A stretch of DNA of 64,000 nucleotides, taken from Candidatus Latescibacterota bacterium. Lineage in GTDB: Bacteria; Latescibacterota; UBA2968; GCA-2709665. Location: the NCBI GenBank assembly GCA_965203805.1, contig OZ241917.1, positions 5,312,001 to 5,376,000 of the forward strand. The letters are read 5' to 3'. Positions 55,708 to 64,000 of this stretch are shown here, piece by piece; position 1 is the stretch's first letter; each line of letters opens with the position of its first letter. The position numbers were made by a program, and so were the translations under genes. The notes beneath the pieces are model-generated. The model saw nothing but the letters and a program-made list of their open reading frames with translations. It did no database searches and was not told the origin of the DNA.

Positions 55708-57633
55708 ATGCTCGAAATTCGGCTTTTTCGCATCCTGGCGGTCCTGCTGGGTATCTTCGTCCTGGCTGAAGTCAACTATCCGGGACTGACGCCTCAAGCC
55801 CAACTGGCTTTCTTTGCCATGTTGGGCTTGAGTCTTGTATTTCTGAAACACCCGGTCCACGCAGGCGCAAGCGGGTTCCGCCGGACGCTGGATGCCTTCC
55901 TCGTTGCGGCCGTGCTCTTCTGTTTCGGCTATGTGCTGATTCAGACCGAACCGCTCTTCGAAGCCTTCTGGCTGGGGGGGCGCAGTCTGGGCAACCGCGC
56001 GGGACTGGAACAGCCGCTGGATTGGGCGGTCGGTCTGGCCGGCCTGATTCTCATCCTGGAAGCGACCCGCCGCGCCATCGGGCTCACGCTGCCGCTGCTG
56101 GCTCTCGCGTTCGTGGCGTATGCCGCCTACGGTCACGTCATGCCCGACTGGCTCTTCCCGCACAGGGGGTACGGCTGGGAGCGCATTGTCTCCCAGACTT
56201 TTCTGCATTCGCAGGGCGTGTTCGGCATCGCGCTGAAAGTGATGTTCACGTACGTGTTTCTGTTCGTTCTGTTCGGTACGACGCTGGAAGGGACGGGCGC
56301 GACCGGGTACGTACTGGATGCCGCGCGCAGGTTTTTTGGAAGGCGCACCGGCGGGCCCGCGAAGGTTGCCGTCGTCTCGTCGGGGATCATGGGATCGCTG
56401 TCCGGGAGCGCGGTCGCGAACACGGCCACAACCGGTACGTTTACGATTCCAATGATGCGTTCGGCAGGATTCCGGCCCGTGGCGGCAGGGGGGATCGAAG
56501 CGGCCGCCAGTTCGGGCGGGGCGCTGGTGCCGCCGATTATGGGCGCCGGCGCCTACATGATGCTGGAGATGGTGGATCCGGCGGTCACCTACCTGGAGAT
56601 CGTCAGGGCGGCGCTCATCCCCGCGGTGTTCTACTATGCCGCGCTTCTGCTGATCGTCCACTTCCACGCCCGGCGCATCCGGGTTGCCGCGGGAGATGAA
56701 CGTCCCCCGGATCGCCCGCGGGGCGCCCCGGGCCTTGTATTCCTCGTGGCGCTGGTGAGCCTGATCGTGCTGATCGTCCTCGGGTATACGCCGTTTCGGG
56801 CGGTCAGCATCGCGCTGGTCTGCACGCTCCTGGCGGCCGCACTGAATCCGGCAACGCGCATGGGGCCCCGCGCGTTGCTGCGCGCCGTGGAAGGCGCGGC
56901 CCGCGGCGGCGTGTCCCTCATCGCGGCGGCTGCCTGCGTGGGCATCATCATCGGCGTGGTCACCCTCACGGGGATCGGCGCCAGGCTGCCCGGCGCCATC
57001 CTGCCGCTGGCTCAGGACAATCTGGTCCTGGCGCTGATTCTGCTGATGGGCTCCACGATCATCCTGGGAATGGGCCTGCCGTCGGCCGTTTGTTATCTGC
57101 TGATGGCCACGCTCGTTGGCCCTGTCCTTGGCGAACTGGGCGTTGTGCCCCTGGCGGCGCATATGTTCATCTTCTACTTCGGGATGATGTCGATGGTGAC
57201 GCCGCCCGTGGCGCTGGCCGCTTACACCGCGGCCGCAATCGCGAAGGCGGACATCATGCGCACGGGCCTCGCGGCGTTTCGGTTCGCCCTGGTCGGTTTC
57301 GCCCTGCCCTACGCCTTCGTACTGCATCCCGAACTGCTTCTCGTCTCCCCGGATCTTGCGTCGACCGTCGTCAACGTCCTCGTCGTCTTCGCCGGAATTC
57401 TCCCACTGGCCGCGGCAATCTCCGGCTATGGCTTCGCGCCTCTGAATGCCTGGCAGCGTGCGGTGCTACTGGTTGCGGCGCTTCTCCTCTTCCTCACCCC
57501 GTCCGGAAGTCTTCGGTTCTGGATTCAGGGGTCCGCCGTCCTCGTTGCCGGAATCGTCGCGTTGATGAACCGGCGGTCCGCCGGCCGGGCGTCTTCGTCA
57601 CCGGACGACGGCGCTGATACTGCTGACCGGTGA
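55708..57633 (+). CDS. TAXI-TRAP fused 4TM/12TM permease
   Basis: GGPAKVAV, SGSAVAN, EAAASSGG..PPIMGA, ILGMGLP and TPPVALAA motifs. Confidence 0.92.
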   Translation: MLEIRLFRILAVLLGIFVLAEVNYPGLTPQAQLAFFAMLGLSLVFLKHPVHAGASGFRRTLDAFLVAAVLFCFGYVLIQTEPLFEAFWLGGRSLGNRAGLEQPLDWAVGLAGLILILEATRRAIGLTLPLLALAFVAYAAYGHVMPDWLFPHRGYGWERIVSQTFLHSQGVFGIALKVMFTYVFLFVLFGTTLEGTGATGYVLDAARRFFGRRTGGPAKVAVVSSGIMGSLSGSAVANTATTGTFTIPMMRSAGFRPVAAGGIEAAASSGGALVPPIMGAGAYMMLEMVDPAVTYLEIVRAALIPAVFYYAALLLIVHFHARRIRVAAGDERPPDRPRGAPGLVFLVALVSLIVLIVLGYTPFRAVSIALVCTLLAAALNPATRMGPRALLRAVEGAARGGVSLIAAAACVGIIIGVVTLTGIGARLPGAILPLAQDNLVLALILLMGSTIILGMGLPSAVCYLLMATLVGPVLGELGVVPLAAHMFIFYFGMMSMVTPPVALAAYTAAAIAKADIMRTGLAAFRFALVGFALPYAFVLHPELLLVSPDLASTVVNVLVVFAGILPLAAAISGYGFAPLNAWQRAVLLVAALLLFLTPSGSLRFWIQGSAVLVAGIVALMNRRSAGRASSSPDDGADTADR

Positions 57634-58110
57634 ATGATATCCGGCAGCCGTCATCGCTCGCAGAACGTCATCGGCTTCCCGGGGCGACAGGATTCCATCC
57701 GGTACGCACGCTTTGAGGATTCCGATCGTTCCCGTAACGGGAACGCCGTCATCGAAGCAGCGGTTTCTGGCCGTCCGATCGTCCGTGAACACGACGCCTC
57801 CGCGGGTCCGCGCAAGGGATACGCAGGACGCTTCTCCCGGTGACAGGGTCCGCAACAGATTACGGTAGATATCGCGCGCTTCCGCGGAGAATCCCTCGGC
57901 GCTGCTGAAATCCCCGCTTGCAACAGCCGTCTCAACCTCCCGCAAATCCGAATATCCCGCGACGATCCCGTCTGCAATCTCGTCAAGGACCTGCCGCGGG
58001 ACGATTGCGCGCGGGCCGTATCGGGCAACGAGCAGGTCGATGCGGCCTGAGAGGGCGAAATTGCTCAGGGTTACGGTGTCGAGATAATAATGGCCGCCGG
58101 ATTCAGGCAC
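57598..58110 (-). CDS. PIN-domain (DUF3368-like) toxin
   Basis: YLDTVTLSNF, LSPGEASC, TDDRTAR and VTGTIGIL motifs. Confidence 0.82.
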   Translation of the reverse strand: MPESGGHYYLDTVTLSNFALSGRIDLLVARYGPRAIVPRQVLDEIADGIVAGYSDLREVETAVASGDFSSAEGFSAEARDIYRNLLRTLSPGEASCVSLARTRGGVVFTDDRTARNRCFDDGVPVTGTIGILKACVPDGILSPREADDVLRAMTAAGYHSPVSSISAVVR

Positions 58111-58417
58111 GTGCGGCGTCCTCGTCTCCGTAGACGTTGCGCTGTGGAATGCCGTGTTCGTTCAGCCAGGACCTCAGTTGCAATACATGCATGCCCATTT
58201 CCCTGGCGAGCTTCCCGAGGCTGATGTACCCGCCCCGGTAGGCGGCCAGCGCCTGGCTCTGCCGGAGCGGCAACTCGGCGAACGCGGTCTGATAACACGC
58301 CGAAATCGCGTCCCGGACAAGCTGTCCCCTGCTCTTCCGGCGGATCTCCGCCAATCTTCTGAGCATTGAGTCCGTCTCTTCATCGAGCTTGATGTGCAAC
58401 GTCCTGTCACGCGGCAT
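58103..58417 (-). CDS. RHH/CopG plus UPF0175-like antitoxin
   Basis: RTLHIKLD...KSRGQLVRDAI (RHH) followed by YRGGYISLGKLAREMG (UPF0175); overlaps the PIN gene. Confidence 0.78.
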   Translation of the reverse strand: MPRDRTLHIKLDEETDSMLRRLAEIRRKSRGQLVRDAISACYQTAFAELPLRQSQALAAYRGGYISLGKLAREMGMHVLQLRSWLNEHGIPQRNVYGDEDAARA

Positions 58418-58446
58418 ATGTGTCTCCTTGGATAGTATCCAATTTA

Positions 58447-58481
58447 TGTATAAATATACAATTATTCATACAATATATCAA
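58447..58481 (-). promoter_or_regulatory. Sigma70-like promoter with an overlapping palindromic operator for the TA operon
   Basis: Minus strand TTGATA-17 bp-TATATT; palindrome TGTATA-AA-TATACA (58447-58460) covers the -10; AAGGAG RBS downstream. Confidence 0.65.
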
Positions 58482-58745
58482 TATCGTATACATCAACCAA
58501 AGGTGTTCGGGCACATGGGTAACACTAAGGCGGTGAGACGTAAGAGGGTAGACGTTAGATGACGTCCTTGCCTGATTGGATCTTACTTTATGCCTGCGGC
58601 AAGAGATGAAACCGCACAGGGCACACAATATCTCCCGTCTCACGTCTACCCTCTCCCCGCTTCTGAGGGGTTGGGGGTGAGGGTGCTTTTGCTTCAAGCT
58701 GACCGCCGAAAGCCGATGGCTGATCGCCGCCATTGCGCAGCAACG

Positions 58746-60311
58746 CTACGGCGAGACGCCTCTTTTGTCGGTGGGGCCGAGCAGGCTCTTGAGGCGGTTG
58801 CGGGTGAGGGAGATGAAGTTGCAGAGAAAGGGGCGGGTTTCACGCGGGTCGATGATCTCCTCCACCGCGAAGGCTTCCGCGGAGCGGAATGGAGACGCGA
58901 ACTGTCGAAGTTCCTCTTCAAGTTCCTTTTCTCGGGCCTGCGGGTCCTCGGAATTCGCGATATCCCGGCGGTACGCGGCGGCAACGCCGCCTTCGATGGG
59001 TAGGGAGCCCCACTCTCCGGAAGGCCAGGCGATCTTGAAATCCAGTTCGTCCATGTCGCCGGCGGCCATTCCGGCCATGCCGTAACATTTCCGGATCACA
59101 AGGGTAAGGATGGGCACCCGGACCCGGTGAATCGCGAAGACCGCCTTCATCCCTTCGCGCAGGGTGGCCTCCTGTTCGGCGGCGGTGCCGATCATGAATC
59201 CGGGGATGTCCACAAAGAAGATCAGCGGGATATGGAAACAGTCGCAGAGCTCGATGAAATGCGTCTGTTTCCTGGCCTCGCCGGCGCCCATCGCGCCGCC
59301 GGAAACCATGGGGTTGTTGGCGACGATCCCCACCGGATGGCCGTTCAGCCGTGCGAGGCACGTGATGAGCGCGCGTCCGAACGTCGGCTGGATTTCAAGG
59401 ATGGAGCCCTTGTCCACGACCAGCTCCACCAGGCGGTGCATCGAATAGGGAGAAGTGCGTTCTCGAGGGACAATGGACAGCAGTTCCTCTTCGCGCCGGT
59501 CGACCGGGTCGTCGCTTGCTTCCGCCGGAGGCAGTTCCCATACGTTCTGGGGCATGTAGGACAGAAATCGCCGGATCATGTAAAAGCACTCGCGTTCCGT
59601 ATCGACCGCGTTGTCGACCGTGCCGGCCATGTCCACCGCGATGTCGGTTCCGCCGAGGTCGTCCTTTGAAACCTCTACGCCGAGCGCCCGCTTGACGAGG
59701 GGCGGTCCGCCGGAGAATATCTGGCTGGTGCGCCGTACCATAACGGACCAGTGCGAGAGGATCGCCCGTCCGGCGGGCCCGCCGGCCGCGCTGCCGAGTA
59801 CGGCGGATACAACAGGGACTTCGCCCAGGAGTTGGACGGAACGGCCGAAACTGCTGACGCCGGGGAATACGGTGTAGCCCCTCTTTACCACCCCGCGGAC
59901 CGAACCGCCGGCCCCGTCGGCGAGGTTGATGAGCGGAATGAGATACTTGGATGCAAGGTCCTCGATAAAGCCGCCCTGACCCCCCTTCCGGCGGTGCGTA
60001 CCGGGACTGCTGCCTCCCCGGACGGTAAAATCCTCTCCGCCGATGGCCACCGGTCTGCCGTTGATGCGGGCCACGCCCATGATGTAGGGTGCGGGCTGCA
60101 CGTTGATGACGTTGCCGGCCTCGTCGTACTCGCCTGTGCCGCTGAGGCTCCCGACTTCCGTGAACGAGCCGCCGTCCACCAGGGCATCGATGCGTTCGCG
60201 AATGGTGAGCTTTCCCTGTCCGTGGTGGCGTTCGACGTTCTCGGTTCCGCCCATCTTTCTGGACCAGGACCGGCGCGCGTCGAGTTCATCGGTTTCTTTC
60301 TGCCAGTTCAT
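58746..60311 (-). CDS. Acyl-CoA carboxylase beta / carboxyltransferase subunit
   Basis: GKLTIRERI, DFTVRGGS, FVDIPGF, IRKCYG and IIDPRETR motifs; AGGAGG RBS before ATG 60311. Confidence 0.9.
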   Translation of the reverse strand: MNWQKETDELDARRSWSRKMGGTENVERHHGQGKLTIRERIDALVDGGSFTEVGSLSGTGEYDEAGNVINVQPAPYIMGVARINGRPVAIGGEDFTVRGGSSPGTHRRKGGQGGFIEDLASKYLIPLINLADGAGGSVRGVVKRGYTVFPGVSSFGRSVQLLGEVPVVSAVLGSAAGGPAGRAILSHWSVMVRRTSQIFSGGPPLVKRALGVEVSKDDLGGTDIAVDMAGTVDNAVDTERECFYMIRRFLSYMPQNVWELPPAEASDDPVDRREEELLSIVPRERTSPYSMHRLVELVVDKGSILEIQPTFGRALITCLARLNGHPVGIVANNPMVSGGAMGAGEARKQTHFIELCDCFHIPLIFFVDIPGFMIGTAAEQEATLREGMKAVFAIHRVRVPILTLVIRKCYGMAGMAAGDMDELDFKIAWPSGEWGSLPIEGGVAAAYRRDIANSEDPQAREKELEEELRQFASPFRSAEAFAVEEIIDPRETRPFLCNFISLTRNRLKSLLGPTDKRGVSP

Positions 60312-60375
60312 CTGTGCCTCCTGTACGTCGGGCGCCGGGCCGCCCGCCGCATCCAATGACTGCATTCTCCGGCGG

Positions 60376-61587
60376 TTACGTCGCGTAAACGGTCTTCTGC
60401 CGGGCCAGCGCGTCAATTTCGCCGGGTTCGTATCCAGCGACCCGTGTCAGAACGTCCCGGGTGTCGATACCCACTTCCCGCCCTGCCCAACGCACGGCGC
60501 CCGGCGTTTCCGAAAGACCGGGCACCACGCCCGGCAGCGTGACGGACCCGAGGACATCATCCGGCATTTCCACGAGCATATCTCGCGCACGGTAGTGTTC
60601 GTCGGCGAAAATGTCCCGCAGCGTGAATATCCTGGCGGCAGGCACGGCACTCGCGTCCAGCTCGCGCTCCAGTTCCGCGAGCGGATGCCCCGACGTCCAG
60701 TCGGAGATGATGCCGTCGATGTCGTCCTCGTGCCTCGACCGGTCCGTGGGTGTCCTGAAGCGTTCGTCTTCGGCAAGATGCGGGGCGCCCATGCACGAGG
60801 CCAGGCGTTCGAAGGTGGCGTCGTTGCCCGCGGTGATGTGGATGAAGTCCCCGTCCGCCGTGGGATACAGGTTGTTCGGCGTGCTGTTCGGCAACCTGGA
60901 CCCCGTACGGGTGGGGACGGCCCCCAGCGCGGCGAATGCCGGGACATGGGGTTCCATAAAGCTGAACGCCCCCTCGTACAGCGCCGCGTCGACCACCTGC
61001 CCGCGACCCGTTCGGGTCCTGGAGAAGAGCGCCATGACCGCGCCGAACGCGGCGTACAACCCCGTGATGCAATCCGTGAGGGAGATGCTCACGCGGCTGG
61101 GCGGCCGGTCGGGATCGCCCGTGATTTCTCTGAGTCCGCCCACCGCCTCGCTGGTCACGCCGTATCCCGGTCGGTGGCGGTAGGGGCCCGTCTGCCCGTA
61201 CCCGCTGATCCGGACGAGGATGATGCCGGTGTTGACCGCGGAGAGGGTGTCGTAACCCAGGTTCCACGCCTCCAGGGTTCCCGGCCGGAAATTCTCGACA
61301 ACCACGTCGCAGGCCTTCACCAGCCGCCTGATGACGTCCTGTCCCGAGGGTGTTCTGAGATCCACTGAAATGAGATGCTTGTTGCGCAGGATGCTTGCGG
61401 CGTACAGCGAGCGGCCCCGGCTGCGTCTGCCCATCTGGCGCACCGGGTCTCCGGTCGGCGGCTCCACTTTGATGACTTCCGCGCCGAAGTCCGCCAGGAG
61501 GCGGCCGCAGAACGGGCCCGAAACGGTGCTGCCCATCTCCAGTACGCGACATCCGGCGAGGGGTCCGTCGTTCGTGGATGGCGCCAT
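60376..61587 (-). CDS. CaiB/BaiF family III CoA-transferase
   Basis: GPLAGCRVLE, LADFGAEVIKVE, RNK, ENFRPG, ISGYGQTGP and catalytic Asp in SLTDCITG. Confidence 0.92.
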   Translation of the reverse strand: MAPSTNDGPLAGCRVLEMGSTVSGPFCGRLLADFGAEVIKVEPPTGDPVRQMGRRSRGRSLYAASILRNKHLISVDLRTPSGQDVIRRLVKACDVVVENFRPGTLEAWNLGYDTLSAVNTGIILVRISGYGQTGPYRHRPGYGVTSEAVGGLREITGDPDRPPSRVSISLTDCITGLYAAFGAVMALFSRTRTGRGQVVDAALYEGAFSFMEPHVPAFAALGAVPTRTGSRLPNSTPNNLYPTADGDFIHITAGNDATFERLASCMGAPHLAEDERFRTPTDRSRHEDDIDGIISDWTSGHPLAELERELDASAVPAARIFTLRDIFADEHYRARDMLVEMPDDVLGSVTLPGVVPGLSETPGAVRWAGREVGIDTRDVLTRVAGYEPGEIDALARQKTVYAT

Positions 61588-61588
61588 A

Positions 61589-62689
61589 TTATCGATCGGC
61601 CGGGGATGGAATTTCGACACAGACTGCGCCCGGTACCTCAACGGGACTGCCGACGGGCTCGAGGGCGCCGGTGTCAGGGTCGATCCGGAAACAGGAGACC
61701 GCGTTGCCGCGCTGGTTGGCGGCGAGGAGATATCTGCCGGCGGGGTCGAATTCCAGGTTCCAGGGCCACGCGCCGCGGGATGGCTCGTGGCCGAGCGGTG
61801 AGAGTTCGCCCGTTGCGCCGTCGATCGACATCACCGCGATGCTGTCGTGCCCCCGGTTGGAGCCGTAGAGGAAACGGCCGGACGGATGGACCCGGACGTC
61901 GGCGCAGAAGTTCTCGCCGACGTAGTCATCGGGCAGGGCGGAAAGGGTCTGGCGTTCGGCAAGGGATCCGGCTTCCGCTTTGTAGTCAAAGACCGCGATG
62001 GTGCTGTCGAGCTCGTTGATCACGTACGCCCTGCTGCCGTCGGGATGGAAGGAGATGTGCCTGGGCCCCGCGCCCGCGCGCGTTGAAACGAATCCCTGCG
62101 CGGTGGGTTCGATGGTGCCAGACGAAGCGTCGAGACCGTAGGCCATGACTTTGTCGGTGCCCAGGTCGGCGGCAAACGCGAATCGGTGATCGGGCGAGAG
62201 AACGACAGAATGAACGTGAGGCGCTTCCTGCCGCCCGGCGTCGACGCTGGATCCTTCGTGCAGGACGACCTGTGAAACCGGTTCGAGATGACCGCTTTCA
62301 TCGATGGGAAGCGTGCTCAGGCTGCCGGATCCGTAGTTTCCGGACAGCAGACAGCGGCCGGAGCGGTCAACGCTGAGATAGCAGGGCAGGTCGCCCCCGG
62401 CATGTTCTTCGTTGAGCAGTGTAAGGGCGCCGGATCCGGGGTCGATGGAGAACGCCTTGATGCAGCCTCCGGGTCTGCCTTCGAACTCTTCGACGGCGCA
62501 GGCGGCATACAGAAAACGCGCGCCGGCGTCGGCGGCCAGGAAGAAGGGATTGTGGACGTCGGGCACCTTTGAGACGGCTTCGAGTTCGCCGGACGATGTA
62601 TCGAGTTGAAAAATGTGGAGGCCTTCGGTCCGATCGTCTGTATAGGTGCCGACGTAGACCGTGACGTGACTGCCGGTCTGATCTGACAT
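61589..62689 (-). CDS. Seven-bladed lactonase (6-phosphogluconolactonase Pgl/YbhE family)
   Basis: YVGTYT, NYGSG, RQEAPHVH, ADLGTD, GPRH and SNRGHDS motifs. Confidence 0.9.
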   Translation of the reverse strand: MSDQTGSHVTVYVGTYTDDRTEGLHIFQLDTSSGELEAVSKVPDVHNPFFLAADAGARFLYAACAVEEFEGRPGGCIKAFSIDPGSGALTLLNEEHAGGDLPCYLSVDRSGRCLLSGNYGSGSLSTLPIDESGHLEPVSQVVLHEGSSVDAGRQEAPHVHSVVLSPDHRFAFAADLGTDKVMAYGLDASSGTIEPTAQGFVSTRAGAGPRHISFHPDGSRAYVINELDSTIAVFDYKAEAGSLAERQTLSALPDDYVGENFCADVRVHPSGRFLYGSNRGHDSIAVMSIDGATGELSPLGHEPSRGAWPWNLEFDPAGRYLLAANQRGNAVSCFRIDPDTGALEPVGSPVEVPGAVCVEIPSPADR

Positions 62690-63123
62690 GTGCCCGCCTC
62701 CCGCGTTGGAATAGACGATTCGTGGGGTAACGACTGAATAACTCTTGAAGTCCTGGTCAAAACCCCCGTTTTCTTGTCGATTTGTTTAAAATATAGACGG
62801 AAAAGGTGCGAGATCAAAATTATTTTGCGGCATAGGATGCAGAAATTTCAAATCTGTCCGCTGCAGAGGTCTGCCCCGTTCAAGCGGGACAATCGCAATC
62901 GCGCGCGTCTTGGATTTTCGCCGCCGCGGGAGTATCTTGGAAAGGCATGTTGAGGAAACCGGTTTGAAGGTGGGTGGGACATTCCTGTCTGCCCGCATCG
63001 CCGACCGACATCGCGATGGCATATCGCGAACGGTTTTTCCTCTTCCGTCTCACGTCTCCCCTCTCACCGCTTCTGAGGGCCCCCGACAGACAGCGCAATC
63101 CCTATCAACCTGCGAGGACATCC

Positions 63124-63969
63124 ATGGATACCGAGCTACTTCCCACCACCAACGCGGACGGTCTCCCGGTTGTGCCGATGACCGACGCGCAGAAGTACAT
63201 CTTCGATCTGAAGGGCTGGATCTGCCTGCCCGATCTGTTCGACGACGGGCAACTCGACCGCATCCGCCAGCACCAGATGGACTATCTCTACCGCCGCGAC
63301 GCGCTTTCCCCGGAGGAACGCGACAACCATGGGGGGCCGTCGCAGGCGCTGCTGGACCATCCCGCCGTGGTCGGGGTGCTCAACGAAATCCTCTCGCATC
63401 GCCCGCTGGCCACGGAAGATTGTTACGGGTTCCGCTACGACCACACGTACACCAGCCATCGAAAAGCCGGCCACGACAACTTCCGGCCCCACGGCGGCGG
63501 CGCCTATTTTTCTTTTTCCGGCAGTTCCCACATCTACCAGATGCTGCCGGGGACGGTCCATTCGGGCCTGACCCGCGTGGTGTGGGAACTCAACGAGGTG
63601 GGCCCGGGAGACGGGGGGACGATGTTTCTCACCGGGAGCCACAAGGCGGCGTTTCCGCGACCGGATGAAGTCAGCGGCCGGGACAGTTCGCTGTGGGAGA
63701 CCTACACCTGCCCGGCGGGATCGGCGGTGATCTTTACCGAGGCGATCTGCCACACGGGCACCCGCTGGAACAACGAGACCCGCGACCGGCTGAGCCTGTT
63801 CACCTGTTACAATACGGTCAACGCCAAGTGGGGCAAGGGGCGCCCGCCCGCGGAGGTGGTCGCCGCGCTGCCGCCCAAACGCCAGACGCTCTTCCGCGGG
63901 GTCTGGCACGGGATGAGGGAAGTACCGGGCATCAACCAGTACTACGACGAAGCCAACCGGGCGGTGTGA
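63124..63969 (+). CDS. Phytanoyl-CoA dioxygenase (PhyH) family protein
   Basis: FDLKGWI, PHGG, GDGGTMFLTGSHK, AGSAVIFTEAICH and RLSL motifs; GAGG RBS. Confidence 0.82.
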   Translation: MDTELLPTTNADGLPVVPMTDAQKYIFDLKGWICLPDLFDDGQLDRIRQHQMDYLYRRDALSPEERDNHGGPSQALLDHPAVVGVLNEILSHRPLATEDCYGFRYDHTYTSHRKAGHDNFRPHGGGAYFSFSGSSHIYQMLPGTVHSGLTRVVWELNEVGPGDGGTMFLTGSHKAAFPRPDEVSGRDSSLWETYTCPAGSAVIFTEAICHTGTRWNNETRDRLSLFTCYNTVNAKWGKGRPPAEVVAALPPKRQTLFRGVWHGMREVPGINQYYDEANRAV

Positions 63970-64000
63970 ATCAAGACCTCGCCCCCGGCCTCTCAGAAAA

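Noticed and set aside
58530-58685. GTCTCACGTCT-type repeats and hairpins (also about 63045-63085)
   Set aside because: Probably further REP-like intergenic repeats, but boundaries are too uncertain to annotate
546-63909. Many long antisense or alternate-frame ORFs (e.g. 546-1850, 1789-3153, 4329-5927, 27263-28723, 38614-40071, 55669-57327)
   Set aside because: They shadow well-supported genes on the opposite strand, lack motifs and are expected from high-GC codon bias

Overview
GC-rich diderm bacterial DNA (a TonB-dependent receptor is present; the many Gfo/Idh/MocA, PhyH, PQQ-repeat and Uma2 genes suggest a Latescibacterota/Poribacteria/Gemmatimonadota-like lineage, which is inference only). 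Three parts stand out. (1) A lower-GC defence island at about 7.1-22.1 kb. It carries a type I Zorya operon (zorABCD) whose ZorD Mrr-like nuclease domain is cut off by an in-frame TGA, a NucS-like/DUF4268 nuclease, and several toxin-antitoxin modules. Each island edge has a TA cassette bracketed by a diverged direct repeat, and no integrase is visible. (2) A co-oriented, tightly coupled cluster at about 34.1-57.6 kb that I cannot match to a described pathway. It encodes an EhpF/GriC-like adenylating enzyme, a GriD/LuxC-like reductase, an Fe-alcohol dehydrogenase, a HemN-like radical SAM enzyme, a PaaK-like CoA ligase, a flavin-dependent halogenase-like enzyme, a CxxC-bearing GT4, a hot-dog thioesterase, three exported PQQ-type beta-propellers, a TonB receptor, a MacB/FtsX-type ABC system and a TAXI-TRAP transporter. 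This is the best candidate for an undescribed small-molecule or cofactor system. (3) Intergenic palindromic repeats nested up to three levels deep. No rRNA, tRNA or CRISPR array was seen. All product calls come from motif recognition by eye; no database search was run.
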